A stretch of 64,000 bases of DNA from Chloroflexota bacterium. GTDB lineage: Bacteria > Chloroflexota > UBA11872. The DNA lies in the NCBI GenBank assembly GCA_022821905.1, contig JAJECS010000015.1:4867-68866 (forward strand), in the 5' to 3' direction. The notes below the pieces were generated by a model. It did no database searches. It was not told where the DNA came from and saw only the letters and a program-made list of their open reading frames with translations. Below are positions 57,932 through 64,000 of this stretch, piece after piece (within the stretch, counting starts at the first letter, position 1; each line of letters starts with the position of its first letter). The position numbers were made by a program, and so were the translations under genes.

Positions 57932-58055
57932 CGCGTTGCCCTTTCCCAGGTTGGCCGCGGCAGTCGACTTGCGGCGCGGCCGGTCAGCCGGAGCTTCGAG
58001 GATTACGTTCGCGCCGCAGCCTATCGCTAAGCGGCGCGCTTGGGCGAAACTCCGA

Positions 58056-58853
58056 TTACGCGTCGCCCGATTGGGACCGCTGCATGAAGTCCGCGATGAG
58101 CCGCGCGACCTCGCGCGGGCACTCGAGCGGCAGCGAGTGCGAAACCCCTGCGAGCCAGCGCAGCTCGATGTTGTCACGCCGCGGGATGTGCAGTTGCTCG
58201 TGCGTCGCCGGCTCGCGCCCCCGGTCGCCGTAGAGTTCGAGGATCGGAAGTTCGGTCTGCTCCAGGACGTCGAAGCCGTCCCAGGTTTTCCAGATGGCGG
58301 CAAAATCGCGCTTCTGCCAGTCGGTCCAGCGGTGCAGGACCTCCTGGCGCAGTTGCTGGCGTCGCGCCACCTGCTCGGCGGACAGCGTGCTCATGGTGTC
58401 GTCGCTGAAGGCGTCGTGCTGGGCGTGGTGATTGGTCCAGCCCTCGATTGAGATCACGCCTTCCACGATCCACGGTCGCACCCGCGCGATCTCAATCGCG
58501 ATCATCCCGCCGATGCTGTGGCCGCCGACGAAGCACGTGCGCAGCCTGAGATGCGCGAGCACCCGCAGCACGTCCCGGGCGAACAGCTCAATGGATCCGT
58601 TCTCGGGCGGCGGCCAGCTGCCACCGTGGCCGCGGAGCTCAATGACCACCACGTGCGATTCCGCGCCAAGGTTGTCGACGATGTCCCCGAGCGCTCCCGC
58701 CGCGTTGAAGCTCCCCGGAATCAGGACCAGCGGCGGCCCGCGTCCGTCGCGGACGTGGAAAGCAATGGTGGCGCCCGGCGCCTGGATCGTGTGCTGGGCA
58801 AATGCCGTCCCCAGTCCCACGTCAGGGTCGCAATGATCGGCGTCAGGCCTCAC
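58056..58853 (-). CDS. Alpha/beta hydrolase fold protein
   Basis: Nucleophile elbow GHSIGG; start ambiguous (GTG 58853, 5 nt after the upstream stop, or ATG 58898 overlapping it). Confidence 0.6.
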   Translation of the reverse strand: MRPDADHCDPDVGLGTAFAQHTIQAPGATIAFHVRDGRGPPLVLIPGSFNAAGALGDIVDNLGAESHVVVIELRGHGGSWPPPENGSIELFARDVLRVLAHLRLRTCFVGGHSIGGMIAIEIARVRPWIVEGVISIEGWTNHHAQHDAFSDDTMSTLSAEQVARRQQLRQEVLHRWTDWQKRDFAAIWKTWDGFDVLEQTELPILELYGDRGREPATHEQLHIPRRDNIELRWLAGVSHSLPLECPREVARLIADFMQRSQSGDA

Positions 58854-60009
58854 GGTCTCGCTCCAGCGGCGGATTGCAGACGTCGTCGAGATCGGCAAGC
58901 CGCACCCGCAGCACCTCCACCGTCTGCTTGCCGCCGGCGAAGGCGATGAAGAGATGGCCGCCGTGCTCGATCACGTGCGGATAGTCCACCCAACGTCCGC
59001 CCACCAGATACGCCATTGTGTGAACCACCAGGCCGTCGTCGCTGATCGAAATCGCCAGCGGGTCGCGCGTGCTGGGGTTGGGGTTCGACACCAGCACGTA
59101 GCGACCGTCGGCCAGCCGCAGCCCGCTGAACTTGGACGTGGCGTCCGGAAAGTTCGTTCGAACCGGCCGTCTCCAGGTGCGCCCGCCGTCCGGCGAAATC
59201 GCGCGATAGAGGAATCCGCTGCGGCGACCGTCCCGAAACAGCGCCGCCAGTCGCCCATCGGGCAGCGTCCACCAATGCGGTTCCTCTGCCGACAGCTCGG
59301 TGTTCGATCCCAGCACGGGAACCGAGCTCCACCGGTCGATCGCCTCCTCGCCGCCCACCAGGAAGTCGACGCCGACCTCGCGGTAGTTGTGGCGGCGCCG
59401 GGACATCATCCATTGGCCGTCAGGCAGACGCTCCGGGGGGAAGTTGTTGATGGCGTCGCAGCAGACGATGCCCGCGGGTTTCCACGACTCGTCTTTCGGG
59501 TCGAGCCGAAACGCATGCAGCGCCAGGCTTGGGCCGAAGAATCCGGCTGCCTCGTCTAGGGACGCCAGGGCCAACAGCTCGCCGTCGCGCCGCCAGAATC
59601 CGCGCGAGATATAGCGCAGGCCTCGATCGGTGCGCTGGCCATACAGCGGCGAAGATGGACCGGATCCGGGCGGCTCCGGCGTGAGGTGCCCAGGGCTCGT
59701 CCATTGCAGTCCATCGGGGCTGGTGGCGAAGCTGACTCGCTGCCCCACGCGGTCCTCGATGCCGGGACCGTCGCTCCACATGAGCCAGAACTTCCCGCCG
59801 TGATGCGCCAGGTAGTTGTGCTGGTTGACACCGCCGCGGTCGCGGTCGAGGTCGCTGCCGTGGCGCGCATCGGCGCGCACGTCGCTGACGATGACGTGCT
59901 CCGACGGCACGCGCGGCAGCGAAGCAAAGTCGATCCGGTGCGAGTCATCGGGCACCCACGGACCCGCCAGCATGAGCGCCGGATCCAGACGCGCCACGTG
60001 CTCAGGCAT
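58843..60009 (-). CDS. BNR/Asp-box sialidase-fold beta-propeller protein, subfamily C
   Basis: SPDGGRTWR, SPDGLQWTS; ATG 60009 (MPEHVARLD…) overlapping the upstream gene stop. Confidence 0.7.
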   Translation of the reverse strand: MPEHVARLDPALMLAGPWVPDDSHRIDFASLPRVPSEHVIVSDVRADARHGSDLDRDRGGVNQHNYLAHHGGKFWLMWSDGPGIEDRVGQRVSFATSPDGLQWTSPGHLTPEPPGSGPSSPLYGQRTDRGLRYISRGFWRRDGELLALASLDEAAGFFGPSLALHAFRLDPKDESWKPAGIVCCDAINNFPPERLPDGQWMMSRRRHNYREVGVDFLVGGEEAIDRWSSVPVLGSNTELSAEEPHWWTLPDGRLAALFRDGRRSGFLYRAISPDGGRTWRRPVRTNFPDATSKFSGLRLADGRYVLVSNPNPSTRDPLAISISDDGLVVHTMAYLVGGRWVDYPHVIEHGGHLFIAFAGGKQTVEVLRVRLADLDDVCNPPLERDREA

Positions 60010-61579
60010 CGGGGACCGTGACGACTTGGCCTTGGGCGACGAGCAGGCGCCGGAGCTCGCCCACCGGCACATGGCGCGGCGTGACGTTGTGCCGCAGCGC
60101 GAGGTGCGCGGCAGCACCGGCCGCCTGTCCCAACGCCATCCAGGTGGGCTCCATGCGGATCGATGAGTACGCCACGTGCGTGGTGGACGCGGCGACCGGG
60201 ACGATGAGGTTCTCGACTTCCACCGGAATCATGATGCGATACGGAATCTCGTAGGGCTGCGTCAGCGCGTCCAGCATGCCCAGATAGCCTTCGAGCACCT
60301 GCGTGTCGCCCGGCTGGCGCTTGCGGCAGGGGAAGCTGTCGATGGGGAATTCGCCCACCGCGATCGCGTCCTCGTGCCGGCGTGCGCCGGTGGTCATGTC
60401 GTGCTCGGTCAGCGTGTACTCGCCGACGAGCCGGCGGCCCTCGCGCACGTAGAGTTGGAAGGGAAAGTGCCCGTTGTCGGTGAACTCGTCGCGCGGCAGG
60501 TGATAGCCGTTGGCGATGCGGCGGTGCTCGGCCGGCGCCTGCTCGTCGCGCTGCAGGAACCACAAGAGTCCCAGTGACAGGTCGCGGTGCCGCCGGCGGA
60601 TGCGCTGCCGGGTCGCGTCGTCACCCTCGATATAGCCCCGGTTCTCCTCGGGGAAAGGGAATCCCAGCGGCCGCGGGTTGATGTTGACGTCGGTCTTCCG
60701 GTTGGGGATCTCGGTCACTGACAGCGCCCGCACCAGCGTGTCGAAGTGGGCCGGGTTGTAGCCGCGCCCCGGCTTGAGCGTCTTGGGCCCGCTGAGCCGT
60801 CCCGCGGCAAGATCGTCGAAGTAGCCGACATACTCGCCGCGGTCGTAGCCCGGCGGCGGCTCGGTGAGCCGGTGGGCGTTGGCCGGGTCCGTGGTCAGGC
60901 ACAACCGATAGGTGTAGGCCGGCAGCCGGTGATCCGCGGCTCCAGTGGTACCGGGGAGGAATCTGCCTTCCTGGTAATCGAAGTAGACCACCCCTGCGTG
61001 CGGCTCGTCGAAGGCGTCGCGCGCCTCCCGTCCAAGCCGAAAGGCAGCGCCCACGGCCGCGTAAAGATCGCCCTCGTAGGTGGCGTCGACGAACTGGCGA
61101 CCGTGGATCGCCGCAGGGCATCCGGTGCTCCGATCGACGATCTCTATCGCGGTCACGGCTGAACCCGACCGCTCGACGGTCGCGAGCCGCGCGCCGAGGC
61201 GCAGTTCAATGCCGGGCTGCTCACCAACCATGCCCCTGAACACCGATTCAGCCACCGACGGCTCGTAGTAGTAGCCGTCGTCGCAGAGGCGCACGTTGTC
61301 CGAGTCCGCGCCATAGCGCGACACGTAGACGGCCAGCACGCGCTCCGTGAATTCCCCAAACAGGCCGCCGACGAGCTCCCGATGCTTGATGTCGCTCTTG
61401 CCCAGCCCGCTGGCCGCCATGCCGCCGATGTGCCGGTGGTATTCGACCAGCACGACCGACTGCCCCAGGCGCGCGGCGGTCACGGCGGCCGCGATGCCGC
61501 CCGGCGTCGCCCCGAGCACGACGACGTCCGCCGCTGCGTGGCCGCCATGGGTCGACTCGCAGTCGGAGTGTGCGGTCAT
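60002..61579 (-). CDS. FAD-dependent oxidoreductase (FAD_oxidored / glucose-inhibited-division-like family)
   Basis: N-terminal dinucleotide-binding ADVVVLGATPGGIAAAVTAARLG. Confidence 0.7.
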   Translation of the reverse strand: MTAHSDCESTHGGHAAADVVVLGATPGGIAAAVTAARLGQSVVLVEYHRHIGGMAASGLGKSDIKHRELVGGLFGEFTERVLAVYVSRYGADSDNVRLCDDGYYYEPSVAESVFRGMVGEQPGIELRLGARLATVERSGSAVTAIEIVDRSTGCPAAIHGRQFVDATYEGDLYAAVGAAFRLGREARDAFDEPHAGVVYFDYQEGRFLPGTTGAADHRLPAYTYRLCLTTDPANAHRLTEPPPGYDRGEYVGYFDDLAAGRLSGPKTLKPGRGYNPAHFDTLVRALSVTEIPNRKTDVNINPRPLGFPFPEENRGYIEGDDATRQRIRRRHRDLSLGLLWFLQRDEQAPAEHRRIANGYHLPRDEFTDNGHFPFQLYVREGRRLVGEYTLTEHDMTTGARRHEDAIAVGEFPIDSFPCRKRQPGDTQVLEGYLGMLDALTQPYEIPYRIMIPVEVENLIVPVAASTTHVAYSSIRMEPTWMALGQAAGAAAHLALRHNVTPRHVPVGELRRLLVAQGQVVTVPDA

Positions 61580-61633
61580 TCCCAAATGGCGGCCCGGCCG
61601 CCTGCGGCGCGTTGGATCTTGGAAGGGTACGCG

Positions 61634-62743
61634 CTAGGCGAGGGAAGCAAGGCGCGCGGCCTGACGGCCTGGTTCGGTGAGATGCAGGCGGTCGGCATCG
61701 CGCGTCACAAGTCCGCGGTCGACCGCTGACTGCATCACGCGTTCGGCGAAGTCGGGCTGCCAACGCATATGCCGCTGCATGTGGTCGATTCGGCTTTCGT
61801 CGTCTGCGGCGGGCGTTCCCTCGTGCGTCGCCAGGTGGATTACGAGCAACTGCCGGGCGAATTCCCACCGCTGGCGCCCGCGACGCCGCGCCGTGACGAG
61901 CAATCCGCGCTCGGGAGCCAGCAGCAGGGCGAGGACGAACATCGCGCCAACGACCGTGGCCATGGCGCCGGCGATATTGGCGTCCAGGGCGCGCGCCAGC
62001 CAGTAGCCGCCGATTGCGCAGACGGCCCCGATGGCCACGCTGAGCCCGAGCAGTCGCGGCAGTCGATCGGTGAGCAGGTAGGCCGCCGCGGGTGGGCCGA
62101 TCATCAGCGCCACCACCAGGATGCTGCCAACGGCGTCGAATGCGCCGACGGCCGTGACCGACACCATTCCCATCAAGCCGTAGTGAATCAACGCGGGCGA
62201 AAACCCGAGAGCCGTCGCCAGTCCGGCGTCAAAGGTGGCCACTTTCAACTCTTTGTAGAACGCACCGCAGATGACCACGTTGATGAGCAGAATGCCGCCC
62301 ATCACCCAGAGCGCCACCGGTCCCAGGTCCAGACCGAACGGCGTGAATCGGTTGAACGGGGCAAACGCCAGCTCTCCAAGCAGGACGGCATCGCTGTCGA
62401 GGTGCACGTCCCCCGCCAGGGCCGAGATTAGAATCACGGCGATGGAGAACAGGGCGGGAAACACCAGCCCAATCGCGGTGTCCTCGCGAACCAGGCCGGT
62501 TCGGTTGACCACCTCCACCAGCGCCACCGTCGCCAGCCCCACGATGGCCGCGCCGGCAATCAGCAGCGGCGACCGCAGATCGGCCACGACGAAGAACGCC
62601 AGCACGATGCCCAACAGGACCGTGTGGCTGATGGCGTCGCTCATCATGGACATCCGTCGCAACATCAGAAAGGCGCCGGGAATCGCGCAGGCGGCGGCCA
62701 CGACGACCGCGACGAGCTGAACCTCGAGCTGCGCGGGCGTCAC
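61634..62743 (-). CDS. ABC-3 family metal (Mn/Zn/Fe) ABC transporter permease with C-terminal DtxR-like winged-helix extension
   Basis: ABC-3 polytopic core (~280 aa) plus a ~90-aa tail containing …GLVTRDADRLHLTEPGRQAA (similar to the DtxR/MntR LTEKGR helix). Confidence 0.7.
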   Translation of the reverse strand: MTPAQLEVQLVAVVVAAACAIPGAFLMLRRMSMMSDAISHTVLLGIVLAFFVVADLRSPLLIAGAAIVGLATVALVEVVNRTGLVREDTAIGLVFPALFSIAVILISALAGDVHLDSDAVLLGELAFAPFNRFTPFGLDLGPVALWVMGGILLINVVICGAFYKELKVATFDAGLATALGFSPALIHYGLMGMVSVTAVGAFDAVGSILVVALMIGPPAAAYLLTDRLPRLLGLSVAIGAVCAIGGYWLARALDANIAGAMATVVGAMFVLALLLAPERGLLVTARRRGRQRWEFARQLLVIHLATHEGTPAADDESRIDHMQRHMRWQPDFAERVMQSAVDRGLVTRDADRLHLTEPGRQAARLASLA

Positions 62744-63873
62744 GGGGCGCCGGCCTCAGTCGCGCGCAGGCGCGCCGCCCGGGAGGCTCTGTCCCGCCCA
62801 CGGTCGGTCAGCGTCCAGGCGTCGCCGGATGTGCGCCGAGCGAGGCCCTGCGCGGCAAGCTCCGCCAACGCGCGATCGACGACCGCACGACCGCGAATCG
62901 CGTAGAGCGCGGCCACGTGGTGCGCGTGGCCGGGATCCCGGGCGTGCTGCGCCGAAAGCGCCGCCAGATCGCCGAGCACGGCCTCGAAGGCCAGCAGTCG
63001 GCGGCGGCGCCAGGCACGGAACCGCGCCCACGCGACCCCTCGGCGTGGCGCGAACAGCAGTGAGACGGCCACAAACCCCGTCGCGACCAGCACGATCGTC
63101 GGCCCCGTGGCGGTGTGAGCCGTCGTGCTGATGACCGAACCGGCCACACCGGCGGCCGCGCCGAGGACGGCCGACAGGATCACCATCACACCCAGGCGGT
63201 CGGTCCACTGGCGCGCGGCGGCGCCGGGAGCGACCACCATGGCGCTCATCAACACCACGCCGACCGTCTTGAGTCCCACCACGATGGCGATGACCAACAG
63301 ACTCGTCAGCAGCACGTCCAGCCGGCGGACGGGATAGCCCATCGAGGCGGCGAAGTCCGGATTGAAGCTCAGCAGCTTGAACTCCTTCCAGAGCACCAGC
63401 AGGGTCAGCACCGCGACGGCGCCGACGGCGGCCATGGTGATCACGTCGACTTCGAGCAGCGCGGCTGCCTGGCCGAAGAGATATCGATCCAGACCGGCCT
63501 TGCCGGCCGCCGGCTGTCGCTGAATGAACGTGAGGACCACGAGCCCGGCGCCGAAGAACACGCTCAGGATGAGAGCCATGGCCGCGTCGGCCTTGACCCG
63601 CGACGCGCGAACGATCCCGATGACGGCCAACGCCGCCACCCAACCGGCCAGCGCCGCGCCGATCATGAGCACCAGCGGCGTCCGGCTTCCGGTAATGAGA
63701 AACGCCAGCGCAACGCCGGGCAGCGCGGCGTGGGACATGGCGTCGCCCAGCAACGCCTGCCGCCGCAGCACGGCGAATGCGCCCACGGCGCCGCTTACCA
63801 CGCCCAACGCCGCCGAACCCAGCGCCACCGTGCGCAGCGTGTAGTCGAAGATCAGATCGCTGAAGACGTCCAC
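62740..63873 (-). CDS. ABC-3 family metal ABC transporter permease with C-terminal DtxR-like winged-helix extension (second copy)
   Basis: ABC-3 core plus a tail …GLARRTSGDAWTLTDRGRDRA; GTG start; 4-bp overlap with the downstream permease. Confidence 0.7.
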   Translation of the reverse strand: MDVFSDLIFDYTLRTVALGSAALGVVSGAVGAFAVLRRQALLGDAMSHAALPGVALAFLITGSRTPLVLMIGAALAGWVAALAVIGIVRASRVKADAAMALILSVFFGAGLVVLTFIQRQPAAGKAGLDRYLFGQAAALLEVDVITMAAVGAVAVLTLLVLWKEFKLLSFNPDFAASMGYPVRRLDVLLTSLLVIAIVVGLKTVGVVLMSAMVVAPGAAARQWTDRLGVMVILSAVLGAAAGVAGSVISTTAHTATGPTIVLVATGFVAVSLLFAPRRGVAWARFRAWRRRRLLAFEAVLGDLAALSAQHARDPGHAHHVAALYAIRGRAVVDRALAELAAQGLARRTSGDAWTLTDRGRDRASRAARLRATEAGAP

Positions 63874-63907
63874 GGAGACGGCTGTCAGTTCCGCCGATTG
63901 GAAGCGT

Positions 63908-64000
63908 TCACGGCGTCGATTCCGGGCTCGTCCCGTTGGCGTGGCCGCCGGCGATGCCCGAGACGCGCCCGCCGTAGGTCTCCCGCAGGTTCTCTTCGAT
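63908..64000 (-). CDS. C-terminal end of an upstream gene cut by the window edge (possibly the metal ABC transporter ATPase)
   Basis: Open frame on the - strand ending …IEENLRETYGGRVSGIAGGHANGTSPESTP* with stop at 63908; function inferred only from operon context. Confidence 0.3.
   Translation of the reverse strand: MEENLRETYGGRVSGIAGGHANGTSPESTP

Noticed and set aside
1-64000. tRNA/rRNA genes, IS transposases, integrases, prophage genes
   Set aside because: None recognisable on either strand. The island-like helicase region lacks an integrase or transposase, so mobility is inferred only from composition and flanking repeats.

Overview
This is a high-GC (roughly 68-70% by eye) bacterial chromosomal window, most likely from an actinobacterium or Chloroflexota-type genome. 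It is densely coding, with many GTG starts and 4-bp gene overlaps. It carries no rRNA, tRNA, CRISPR or IS transposase that I can see. Most of it is a large catabolic region built from expanded paralog families. It holds five BNR/Asp-box sialidase-fold beta-propeller proteins in three subfamilies, two GH42-like glycoside hydrolases, an 11-Asp-box propeller, a sulfatase and three PhyH-family dioxygenases. It also holds two Gfo/Idh/MocA oxidoreductases, two xylose-isomerase-like TIM-barrel isomerases, HpcH- and DapA-type aldolases, and a 5-gene Opp/Dpp-type ABC importer with a Tat lipoprotein binding protein. Hydantoinase A/B genes sit at the left edge and a metal (ABC-3) transporter at the right edge. 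Several loci of a different character sit inside this region. One is a low-GC RelE/ParE + RHH toxin-antitoxin pair with a palindromic operator. One is a PD-(D/E)xK nuclease-fold protein of unknown function. The most unusual is a lower-GC island encoding a membrane-anchored UvrD-like SF1 helicase. That helicase has three tandem ~92-aa repeats, a large insertion in the helicase core, and a C-terminal DDLPF tail mimicking the SSB C-terminal peptide. Three copies of a short REP/MITE-like palindromic element flank the helicase island and the neighbouring alcohol dehydrogenase gene. A separate exact 26-nt sequence, embedded in different inverted repeats, recurs in two unrelated intergenic regions. 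No canonical sugar-responsive transcription factor is present, which makes the non-coding repeats and palindromes the best regulatory candidates. Gene products are inferred from motifs read by eye and are family-level calls only.
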